Shown: in pieces, positions 24,585-35,176 of the stretch
Numbering within the stretch: position 1 is the first letter of the stretch
Layout of the letters: every line of letters starts with the position of its first letter
DNA from: Mobula hypostoma
Taxonomy: Eukaryota
Reading direction: 5' to 3'
Length of the DNA stretch: 64,000 nt
NCBI RefSeq assembly: GCF_963921235.1
Contig: NC_086097.1
Span: 33,420,001-33,484,000, forward strand
Program-made: the position numbers and the translations under genes
The notes under the pieces: generated by a model
What the model was told of the DNA's origin: nothing
What the model saw: the letters and a program-made list of their open reading frames with translations, nothing else
Databases searched by the model: none

Positions 24585-26315
24585 GCAGAGCCAAAAGAGA
24601 TGGGGGAGATTTTGACCAATTTCTTTTCTTCAGTATTCACTAAGGAGAAGGATATTGAATTGTGTAAGGTAAAGGAAACAAGAAGGGTAGTTATGGAAAG
24701 TATGACAATTAAAGAAGAGGAAGTACTGGCACTTTTAAGGAATATAAAAGTGGATCAATCTCCGGGTCCAGACAAGGTATTCCCTAGGACCTTGAGGGAA
24801 GTTAGTGTGGAAATAGCAGGGGCTCTGAGAGAAATATTTCAAATGTCATTAGAAACGGGGATGGTGCCGGAGGATTGGCGTATTGCTCATGTGGTTCCAT
24901 TGTTTAAAAAGAGTAAACCTGGCAATTATCGGCCTGTGAGTTTGACATCAGTGGTGGGTAAATTGATGGAAAGTATTCTTTGACATGGTATATATAATTA
25001 TCTGGATAGACAGGGTCTGATTAGGAACAGTCAACATGGATTTGTGCGTGGAAGGTCATGTTTGACAAATCTTATTGAATTTGTTGATGAGGTTACCAAG
25101 AAAGTTGACAAGGGTAAAGCGGTGGATGTTGTCTATATGGACTTCAGTAAGGCCTTTGACAAGGTTCCACATGGAAGGTTAGTTAGGAAGGTTCAATCGT
25201 TAGGCATTAATATTGAAGTAGTAAAATGGATTCAGCAGTGGCTAGATGGGAGATGCCAGAGAGTAGTGGTGGATAACTGTGTGTCAGATTGGAGGATGGT
25301 GTGTAGCGGTGTGCCTCAGGGATCTGTACTGGGTCCAATGTTGTTTGTCATATATATTAATGATCTGGATGATGGGTGGTAAATTGGATTAGTAAGTATG
25401 CAGGTGATACTAAGATAGGTGGTGTTGTGGATGATGAAGTAGGTTTTCAAAGCTTGTAGAGAGATTTATGCCAGTTAGAAGAGTGGGCTGAAAGATGGCA
25501 GATGGAGTTTAATGCTGATAAATGTGAGGTGCTACATTTTGGTAGGACTAATCAAAATAGGACATACATGGTAAATGGTAGGGCATTGAAGAATTCTGTA
25601 GAACAGAGGGATCTAGGAATAATGGTGCATAGTTCCCTGAAGGTGGAATTTCATGTGGATAGGGTGTTGAAGAAAGCTTTTGGTACGCTGGCCGTTATAA
25701 ATCGGAGCATTGAGTATAGCAGTTGGGATGTAATGTTGAAATTGTATAAGGCATTGGTAAGGCCAAATTTGGAGAATTGTGCACAGTTCTGGTCACTGAA
25801 TTATAGGAAAGATGTCAATAAAATTGAGAGCTTACAGAGGAGGTTTACTAGAATGTTGCCTGGGTTTCATCTCCTAAGTTACAGAGAAAGGTTGAACAAG
25901 TTAGGTCTTTATTCTTTGGAGCGTAGAAGGTTGAGGGGGGACTTGATAGAGGTATTTAAAATTATGAGGGGGATAGACAGAGTTGATGTGGATAGGCTTT
26001 TTCCATTGAGAGTGGGGGGGATTCAAACAAGAGGACATGAGTTGAGAGTTAAAGGGCAAAAGTTTAGGGGTAACATGAGGGGGAACTTCTTTACTCAGAG
26101 AGTGGTAGCTGTGTGGAACGAGCTTCCAGAAGAAGTGGTTGAGGCAGGTTCGATGATGTCGTTTAAAGTTAAGTTGGATAGGTATATGGACAGGAAAGGA
26201 ATGGAGGGTTATGGGCTGAGTGCAGGTGGGTGGGACTAGGTGAGAGTAAGAGTTTGGCACGGACTAGAAGGGCGGAGATGGCCGGTTTCCGTGCTGTAAT
26301 TGTTATATGTTATAT
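24585..26315 (+). mobile_element. 5'-truncated CR1 LINE, relatively well preserved
   Basis: [61 protein letters not shown] and TRGH motifs; a few stops/frameshifts; (GTTATAT)n tail. Confidence 0.93.
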
Positions 26316-27027
26316 GGTAAGTATAATTTCTTCCCTCCTTTTATACGCATCTCTCAGTTGAGTTCCCACCATCTTCTGAATTTTATATAAATACCATCCT
26401 TTCTTTTCATTATCTCAACATTGTTGTCACAGTGATTGCATAGACTTTTTAATTATGGCTTTCACCTCCCCTTTATGCAAAGGCACCACTACATTTACGT
26501 CCTTAATTTTAAGTGATTGCTTGACAAGAATGTCTGCCACCTCTTTTCCTTCAGCCCCAATGGCAGGGAAGAAATATATACACAGGCCGACACCCTGCAG
26601 CCTCAGCAGATGTTGTCCAACCTCAAGAAGAATATTTGGTCTACAATTTGAAATACCTGTTTTAATAGATGTCAAAACTGAGAACGAATCAGAGCATCGA
26701 GGTAATAATCAGTCCGTACTTCTTCGACCCGTTGATAATAGCAACCATCTCAGACGTGAATACTGATAACCTTGTCTGATAATCTCTTCTTAATAGTCAC
26801 CTGAAACTTTGTAGATATGTAAGAAGCCATAATACCTGCCTTGCATATATTGCTGAGCTTCCTGTACCACTGCAGGGTGATGTCGGAGGAGTGAGGGAGA
26901 TCCGGGCCGGGAGCGTAGGGGATGGCTTTTGTGAGGATGACTGAGGGTGAGGAGTAGATGTTGGAGTGAAAGGAGGAGGCATGGGGAGAGAAGGAGGAAT
27001 GGAGCGATAGAAGGGCAAGCGCTCACA

Positions 27028-27079
27028 CCGGAAGCGGTTGCCTAGGACGCTGTTGCCTGGAGACTACTGCGCGTGCGCG
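27028..27079 (+). promoter_or_regulatory. IFT43 promoter: ETS site, RFX X-box(es), NRF1 site
   Basis: CCGGAAG (27028-27034); GTTGCCTAGGAC (27037-27048); GTTGCCTGGAGAC (27052-27064, X-box); TGCGCGTGCGCG (27068-27079, NRF1-like). All within 70 bp of the ATG. Confidence 0.7.
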
Positions 27080-27096
27080 GCGGGACCGGGCCTGCG

Positions 27097-27129
27097 ATGG
27101 AGGATGCGTTGGATACGGAGACCCAACGG
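27097..27129 (+). CDS. IFT43: Intraflagellar transport protein 43, coding exon 1
   Basis: GCGATGG start (G at -3 and +4). MEDALDTETQR (human IFT43 begins MEDLLDLDEELR). Donor GTGAGG at 27130, phase 0. CpG-rich promoter with X-box just upstream. Confidence 0.85.
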
Positions 27130-27459
27130 GTGAGGAACTACCCGAGGCTGGCGCCTCAACGGAGACCCGACCCCGACTGCAGCCTTCACTCTGGTGGCTG
27201 GGTGGGAGTGTGGGTTGTTGCAGGCTTGAGGACGGGTGGGGAGGGGGGCGCGAATCCCAGACACGGAGGGACCAGGGTTGGGTGAGGGTGAGTGTGTAGG
27301 TGGGAGAGGGATCGAGGATGGATTTCTCGGGGGGAGTGAGGAAGGATGGAGAGTCCCAGGCAGGGTCCGGGAGTGAGTGTCCAGGGAGGGGTGAGGGTGT
27401 TGAGGAAAAGGTGGTTGGGGTAGAGGGGTGGATGTGGGTTGGAGAGCGGTGGGGGGAGG

Positions 27460-30425
27460 CCGAGGCAGCGTGGGGAGGGCTCTGGAGCGGAGGGGGCGTG
27501 GGGAGAGCTCTGAAGCGGAGGGGACGAGGGGAGGGCGCTGGAGCGGAGGAGACGAGAGGAGGGCTCTGGGGTGGAGCGACGTGGGGAGTGCTCTGGAGCG
27601 GAGGGGACGAGGGGAGGGCTCTGGAGCGGAGGGGACGAGAGGAGGGCTGGGACGAGGGGAGGGCGCTGGAGCGGAGGGGACGAGGGGAGGGCTCTGGAGC
27701 GGAGCGGCGTGGGGAGGGCTCTGCAGCGGAGGGAACGAGAGGAGGGCTCTGGAGCGGAGGGGATGAGGGGAGGGCGCTGGAGCGGAGGAGACGAGAGGAG
27801 GGCTCTGGGGTGGAGCGACGTGGGGAGTGCTCTGGAGCGGAGGGGACGAGGGGAGGGCTCTGGAGCGGAGGGGACGAGAGGAGGGCTGGGACGAGGGGAG
27901 GGCTCTGGAGCGGAGCGGCGTGGGGAGGGCTCTGCAGCGGAGGGGACGAGAGGAGGGCTCTGGAGCGGAGGGGATGAGGGGAGGGCTCTGGAGCGGAGGG
28001 GATGAGAGGAGGGCTCTGGGGCGGAGCGGCGTGGGGAGGGCTCTGGGGCGGCGGGACGTGGGGAGGGCTCTGGAGCGGAGGGGACGAGGGAGGGCGCTGG
28101 AGCGGAGGGGACGAGGGGAGGGCTCTGGAGCGGAGGGGATGAGGGGAGGGCTCGGGCGGAGGGGACGAGAGGAGGGCTGGGACGAGGGGAGGGCGCTGGA
28201 GCGGAGGGGACGAGGGGAGGGCTCTGGAGCGGAGGGGACGAGGGGAGGGCTCTGGAGCAGAGGGGACGAGAGGAGGGCTGGGACGAGGGGAGGGCTCTGG
28301 AGCGGAGGGGACGAGGGGAGGGCTCTGGAGCGGAGGGGACGAGGGGAGGGCTCTGGAGCGGAGCGGCGTGGGGAGGACTCTGCAGCGGAGGGGACGAGAG
28401 GAGGGCTCTGCAGCGGAGGGGGCGTGGGGAGGGCTCTGGAGTGGAGCGGCGTGGGGAGGGCTCTGGAGCGGAGGGGACGAGGGAAGGGCTCTGGAGCGGA
28501 GGGGACGAGAGGAGGGCTGGGACGTGGGGAGGGCTCTGGAGCGGAGGGGACGAGGGAGGGCGCTGGAGCGGAGGGGACGAGCGGAGGGCTCTGGAGCGGA
28601 GCGGACAAGGGGAGGGCTCGGGCGGAGGGGATGAGGGGAGGGCTCTGGGGCGGAGGGGCGTGGGGAGGGCTCTGGGGCGGCGGGACGTGGGGAAGGCGCT
28701 GGAGCGGAGGGGACGAGGGGAGGGCGCTGGAGCGGAGGGGACGAGGAGAGGGCGCTGGAGCGGAGGGGACGAAGGGAGGGCTCTGGAGCGGAGGGGACGA
28801 GAGAGGGCGCTGGAGCGGAGGAGCGTGGGGAGGGCGCTGGAGCGGAGGGGGTGAGGGGAGGGCTCTGGAACGCAGGGGCGTGGGGAGGGCTCTGGAGCGC
28901 AGGGGCGTGGGGAGAGCTCTGGAGCGGAAGGGACGAGGGGAGGGAGCTGGAGCGGAGGGGGCGTGGGGAGGGCGCTGGTGCGGGTGGGGCGTGGGGAGGG
29001 CTCTGGAGCAGAGGGGGCTTGGGGAGGGCTCTGGAGCAGAGGGCACGAGGGGAGGGCTCTGGAGGGAGGGGATGAGAGGAGGACTCTGGAGCGGAGGGGC
29101 GTGAGGAGGTCGCTGGAGCGGAGGGGGCGAGGGGAGAGCTCTGGAGTGCAGGGGCGTGGGGAGGGTGCTGGAGTGCAAGGGTGTGGGGAGGGCGCTGGAA
29201 CGGAGGGGACGAGGGGAGGGCTCTGGAGCGGAGGGGACGAGGGTAGGGCGCTGGGGCGGAGGGGGCGTGGGGAGGCCGCTGGGGCGGAGGGGCGTGGGGA
29301 GGCCGCTGGGGCGGAGGGGGCGTGGGGAGGTCGCTGGAGCGGAGGGGGCTTGGGGAGGGCTCTGGAGCGGAGGGCACGAGGGGAGGGCTCTGGAGGGAGG
29401 GGATGAGGGGAGGGCTCTGGAGCGGAGGGGCGTGGGGAGGTCGCTGGAGCGGAGTGGGCGAGGGGAGAGCTCGAGTGCAGGGGCGTGGGGCGGGTGCTGG
29501 AGTGCAGGGGCGTGGGGAGGGTGCTGGAGTGCAAGGGTGTGGGGAGGGCGCTGGAGCGGAGGGGGCATGGGGAGGGCGCTGGGGTGGAGGGGGCGTGGGG
29601 AGGTCGCTGGGGCGGAGGGGGCGTGGGGAGGCCGCTGGGGCAGAGGGGGCGTGGGGAGGGCGCTGGTGCGGGTGGGGCGTGGGGAGGGCTCTGGAGCGGA
29701 GGGGCGTGAGGAGGTCGCTGGAGTGGAGGGGGCGAGGGGAGAGCTCTGGAGTGCAGGGGCGTGGGGAGGGTGCTGGAGTGCAGGGGTGTGGGGAGGGCGC
29801 TGGAACGGAGGGGACGAGGGGAGGGCTCTGGAGCGGAGGGGACAAGGGTAGGGCGCTGGGGCGGAGGGGGCGTGGGGAGGCCGCTGGGGCAGAGGGGGCG
29901 TGGGGAGGCCGCTGGGGCGGAGGGGCGTGGGTAGGCCGCTGGGGCGGAGGGGGCGTGGGGAGGTCGCTGGAGCGGAGGGGGCTTGGGGAGGGCTCTGGAG
30001 CGGAGGGCACGAGGGGAGGGCTCTGGAGGGAGGGGATGAGGGGAGGGCTCTGGAGCGGAGGGGCGTGGGGAGGTCGCTGGAGCGGAGGGGCGTGGGGAGG
30101 TCGCTGGAGCGGAGGGGGCGAGGGGAGAGCTCTGGAGTGCAGGAGCGTGGGGAGGGTGCTGGAGTGCAGGGGCGTGGGGAGGGTGCTGGAGTGCAGGGGT
30201 GTGTGGAGGGCGCTGGGGCGGAGGGGGCGTGGGGAGGGCGCTGGGGTGGAGGGGGCGTGGGGAGGGCGCTGGGGCGGAGGGGACGAGGGGAGGCCGCTGG
30301 AGCGGAGGGGGCGTGGGGAGGGCTCTGGAGCGGAGGGGACGTGGGGAGGGCGCTGGAGCGGAGGGGACAAGGGGAGGCCGCTGGAGCGGAGGGGATGAGG
30401 GGAGGGCGCTGGAGCGGAGGGGCAA
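27460..30425. repeat. G-rich, CpG-rich ~28-bp minisatellite in IFT43 intron 1
   Basis: Unit AGGGCTCTGGAGCGGAGGGGACGAGGGG and variants over about 3 kb; extreme G skew on the + strand. Confidence 0.95.
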
Positions 30426-30954
30426 GGGGTGATTTGGGGCGAGGAGAGTGGGGCGTTGGAAGGAGGGATTGAGGAGGGGCATTGGAACGGGGGGGCGAAG
30501 GGGTATTGGAGGGGTGTGGGAGGATTGTTGAGGGGTTTGAGGTGTGGCTGAATGCTGAGGTGAGATTACGGGGTGGTGCAGTTTCTCACTACAGATGGAG
30601 AACCCTATCTGAACTATGCCAGCTCTCAGAGAAATAACATCAGTACCATTTCCTCCCATCCCCCACACACTGGGGACATTTCACAGTGTCCAGTCAATCC
30701 CCTGACCATGCACATTGTTGGGATGTGGAGGGAACCAGAACACCCAGGGGAAATACTCTTGGTTCAGGCACCATGCAGGTAGTGCCAGTGGTTGGGATTG
30801 AACCCCCAGTCCGTGAGGCTGTGAGTGAGGCAGCAGCTCTACCCACTCTGCCAATGTGCCATCCTAAAGTTGTCTGATCTACCTTTGTACCACTTTACTA
30901 CACTAACTCTAATCCCAATTCCTGTAATGTCCATCTATCAATGTCTGTCTTGGC

Positions 30955-31520
30955 AACACACACAAAATGCTCGAGGAACTCAGCAGGTCAGGCAGCATCT
31001 ATGGAAAAAAGTACAGTTGACGTTTCGGGCTGAGACCCTTCAGCAGAACTGGAGGAAAGAAAAAAGCTGAGGAGTAGATTTAAAAGGTGGGGAGAGGGGA
31101 GAGACAAACACGAGGTGATGAGGGAGGGATGAAGTAAAGACCTGGGAAATTGATTGCTGAGAGGGGTACAGGGCTGGAGAAGGGGGAGTCTAATCAGAGA
31201 GGACAAAAGGCCATAGAAGAAATAAAAGGGGGGAGGAGCATCAGAGGGAGAAGATGGACAGGCAATGAGGCAAGGTGACAGAGGGAAAAGGGGATGGGGT
31301 ATGGTGAGGGGGGGGTGGGCGTTACGGGAAGTTTGGGAAATCGATGTTCATGCCATCAGGTTGGAGGCTACCCAGACAGAATATAAGGTCTTGTTCCTCC
31401 AACCTGAGTATGGCTTCATCGTGACAGTAGAGGAGGAGACGGTAGACATTGGAATGGGAATGGGAAGTGGAATTAAAATGGGTGGCCACTGGGAGATCCT
31501 GCTTCTTCTGGCGGTCTGTC
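30955..31520 (-). mobile_element. Penelope-like element 3' fragment
   Basis: ORF 31322-31537 VATHFNSTSHS...CHDEAILRLEEQDLIFCLGSLQPDGMNIDF, then UTR, hammerhead motif and terminus. Confidence 0.8.
31014..31051 (-). ncRNA. Hammerhead ribozyme motif copy with a core mutation
   Basis: CAGUU-CUGCUGA-AGGGUCUCAGCCC-GAAAC-GUC-AACUG. Stem I is still paired but CUGAUGA has become CUGCUGA. Confidence 0.6.
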
Positions 31521-32434
31521 TTAAATATTTTCATCATTGGCTTCCCTAGCCTTGCCTGTAGAGAATTCTGAAGATTCAGCCTCTGGGCGAAGAATTTTTT
31601 TTTCTCATTCTCTGTTCTTCACAGATAGAACAAAGAACAGGTGGTGAAAAAAGGCTTTCAGCAGTTAGAGCATTGAATATAGGAATTGGGACATTATGTT
31701 TTAGTTGTACAAGTCATTGGTGAGACTGCACTTGGAGTACTGTGTATAGCTTTGGTCACCATGTTGTCGGAAAAACATTGTTAAACAGGAAAGAGTGCTG
31801 AAAAGTTTTACAAGAATGTTGTCAGGACTAGAAGGCCTGAGATAGAAGAAGAGGCTAGCCAAGGTAAGTCCTATTCCTCAGAAAGTAGGAGAATACTGGG
31901 CAACCTGATAGAAATGTTTAAAATTATGAGAGGCATAGATAAGGTGAACAGCAAGTCTTTTTCCTGGGGTAGAGGGTTCTTAACTTGGGGGCATAGGTTT
32001 AGAGTAAGAGGGTGAAGACTTAGAATGGAACTCAGGGATAACGTTATTACACCGAGGGTGGTGTATATGGAATGAGGAAGCTCATGGAGGCAGGTACAAT
32101 AGTTTCATTTAAGAAGCACTTGAACAGGTATATGGAGGGGAGAATTTTGTGGGGAGGGGGGTGATATGGGCCAAACACAGGAAATTGCAACTAGTTGGGT
32201 GAGCACCGTGGTCAGCATGGACTGGTTGGGCTGCAAGGTATCAATTCATGCTCTGTCAGTCTAATTTGCAATTCACTGTATGTTTCAATGCACATATGAT
32301 TAATAAATCTAAATGTATATATCTGTAACTGATCTCTACCCTGTTGTATTCTTTGATAGTCCTTTACACTGGTCACAACTCCACCAATATTGGTTTTATC
32401 CACAAACTAGCTAATCCACCTATTTCAATTTGAC

Positions 32435-33020
32435 TTCCCGTACACATTCTGCCATGCCTGGCCATGGCCTGCTCCATTGCCATGAGGAGGCCACTTTCAG
32501 GTTTGAGTAGCAACAACTCATATTCTGTCTGTGTAGCTTCCAACCTGATGGCATGAACATCAATTTCTCCAGTTTATGGTAATTTCCCCCCCCTCATCCC
32601 CCTCCTCTCTTTTTCCATTCCCATTCTGGCTCCCCTCTCACCCCTTCTCTCCTCCCTTGCCCAATATCTCCCTCTAGTTCCCCGCTTCTTGCCCTTTCTT
32701 CCAAGGTCCACTGCCCTCTAATGTCAGATTTCTTTTTCTTCAGCCCTTTATATCTTACACCTATTATCTCCCAACTTCTTGCTTTACCTCCCACCTCCCT
32801 CCCCCCTCACCTGGTCTCGTCTATCACCTGCCAGCTTGTACTCCTCCCCTTCCATCCACCTTATTTTGGCTTTTGCCCCCTTCCTTTTCAGTCCTGATGA
32901 AGTAACTTATCCCGAAATGTCAGCAGTTTATTCCCCTCTGTAGATACTGTCTGACCTGCTGAGCTCCTCGAGCACTTTGTATGTGTTGCTGAAGATGTCC
33001 AGCACCTGCAGAATCTCTTC
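32435..33020 (+). mobile_element. Penelope-like element 3' fragment with a degenerate hammerhead motif (32889-32926)
   Basis: CHEEATFR..QQLIFCLCSFQPDGMNINF-like coding remnant, pyrimidine UTR, CAGTCCTGATGA...GAAATGTC. Confidence 0.75.
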
Positions 33021-33387
33021 TGTTAATCCACCAGTCTCTGCAGAACATCGCTAGTCATGGACCTCCAGCTACCACTACTGTCTGTCCTGCACGAGTAATT
33101 CAGATCTGAATTTAAACTTACATTTTACCCCTGTATCCCATGCATCATCAAGTGACACGTTCTCTTCTTTGCTATTTGTGGGGGTGGAGAGGGAAGGCAA
33201 TGGTTGGGTCCTGGGCAGGTGGTGGTGCTGTAACAAGTGTCATTTACGTTGGAAGTGTTGCAGAGAAGAAGAGGCATTAGGAAAACTGTGTTGCAGCTGC
33301 CGAGAGATGAGTGTGCGAGGTGTCTGATGTGGGACTCGTGCGCATTTATTGCAGAACTTGGACTAACCCATCTTTCTCTCCCTGTAG

Positions 33388-33441
33388 GTTGCAAAGACTG
33401 GCCGTCGAGCGCGGCAGTCCCAGGACACCGTAGGCGCGGAG
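33388..33441 (+). CDS. IFT43: IFT43 coding exon 2
   Basis: Branch-like GACTAAC, polypyrimidine tract, TAG acceptor. VAKTGRRARQSQDTVGAE (cf. human AKMGRRAQQ). Donor GTGAGT, phase 0/0. Confidence 0.88.
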
Positions 33442-35109
33442 GTGAGTGTGTGGATGTGCAGGTACTTCCCCATCACCCCTGCCTTTCCATAAACAGTCAA
33501 CAGGGTGATGGTCAACAATACTACAGAATGCAGTGGGAGATGGGTCCCTCCCCTTCAGGGTGTTGCCCTCACTAGGGGGCAGGTCCCTCTCCCCACAATG
33601 TACAGACTGTCTTTCAGACTCTGGTTCCACCTCCAGGTTCCTAGTTTGTGAACTCTCTTCTGTTCCCTCCTCGCTCCACAGTATGGACTTATCCCTAACG
33701 CCTCCTCACCCCAGTGTGCATATTCCTGTCACACCCTCCGGAGAGACTGATCTGTATACTGACGAATCGATCAGACACCTTATCAGGAACAGTCATGTTC
33801 TTATTTCTCTGTCTTGCAACATGTACAGGGTAAAAATGGATATGTTGTTGCTTTAAATAACCAAATAAGTGTAACTTGCTGAAGAGCTGGTCTCTGGTGA
33901 GTTGACTGCATTCAATGGCTCCAGAAGAATGTCAGATATGTTGCAGGGCTCACGATGCCAAATTAGGCCAAGTGTCCGGCTAAAGGCAGGGAATCTCAAG
34001 GCCCCATTGACCCTACCTCCAAATAAAACATATTTCCATCATTAGGGAGGCATTGTTGAATTGTTCTGTAACGGTGTCAGTGTGTTGTTGAGGACACAAA
34101 TCATCTCTCTCAGGCTAACTATGGACAGACCTTGCAGTCTGCTGGAAAAGTCAGGATTGACTGCAATAAGCCTTGGTGTTCCCAGAGGGGAGGTGGGTCT
34201 TATTAAATCAGCTTTACAAAACCCAGCGTGCGGTTCTAGAGCAGTTGAAACATGCAAAACACTGAGAAATTGGTCAGACTGTCAAAGAACTGCCAGGTTG
34301 CCAGGGACAAAGGGCCAGAGAGGCTGGTGTCTGCAGGGTATAGGGATAAAATGGACTGAGATGTGTGTACAGCAGACACAAGAGACTGTACATTCTGGTG
34401 CAAAAAGCAGGCCAGGCAGCATCTGTGGAGGGAAATGGACAGTCGCTGGTTTGGGCTGAGATCCTTCATTGGGACTGAGAATAGAGAGGGGAGTGGTGGG
34501 GCAGGAGCTGGCAGGTGATAGATTGAGCCTGGTGAGGAGGGGTTGATTAGCAGATGGAGGTGGAGGTAGCGACAGAGGCTGGGAGGTGATGAATGGCCGT
34601 GACAAAGGGCTGCAGATGGTGGGAGTGAAAGGTGGAAAATGGGACCAGAGGTGGGAGGTGAAAAGGGCAGTAAGAAGAGGAAGGGGTGTGTGTGTGTTTG
34701 AAAGGCAGATGGAGCAAATTGGGGTGGGGAACTGAGCGATAGGTTAGGAAGAAGAGTGTGTGAGTGAGAAAAACTGGGTAGATCAGGAGGACAGAGAAAA
34801 GGGGAGTAGATTACTTGAAATTAGAGAATTCAATGTTCATGCTGTTCCGTTGTAGACCACCCAGTGGGAACATTCAGATATAAGTTTATTTAACACACAC
34901 GATGAAACATGTAGTGAAAGGTATCATTTGTGTAAACAACCAACACACCAGAGAATGTGCTTAATGCAGCCCGCAAGTGTCGCCACACATTCTGGTGCCA
35001 ACGGAACATGCCCACCACATTTAGCAGCAGCAAAATAAGCCCCTTTCCGACACACAGGCTGGCCTCCAACCCCAGGACAGGCTGCCTGCAGGCCTCTGTT
35101 CCTCTAGTT

Positions 35110-35176
35110 CAGGGGTTCCCAACCTTTTTTATGCCATTAAGCAAGGGGTCCTTAGACCCCAGGTTGGGAAAGCCTG
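35110..35176. mobile_element. 67-bp hAT (Charlie-type) MITE
   Basis: TIRs CAGGGGTTCCCAACCT / AGGTTGGGAAAGCCTG; perfect 8-bp TSD CTCTAGTT (35102-35109, 35177-35184). Confidence 0.85.

Larger units (their letters stand above)
21370..26880 (-). mobile_element. Fragmented Nimb/I-clade LINE (RNase H + C-terminal zinc knuckle), host of three nested insertions
   Basis: RNase H-like segment at 26430-26870 (SIKTG...PAIGAEGKEVADIL). RREEIILT..L[H/C]IGHTRLN..CNEC...VQHILFEC at about 26320-26340 and 23700-23935. 3' end CACACTCCAG..CAGTAAGTGTCAGTAATGCACC plus an A/GAA-rich tail at 21370-21460. Confidence 0.7.

Noticed and set aside
27023..30668. 834-1160 aa Pro/Ser-rich ORFs (and Gly/Arg-rich ORFs on +)
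   Set aside because: Open in all three minus frames because the minisatellite lacks stop codons; low complexity and intronic to IFT43.
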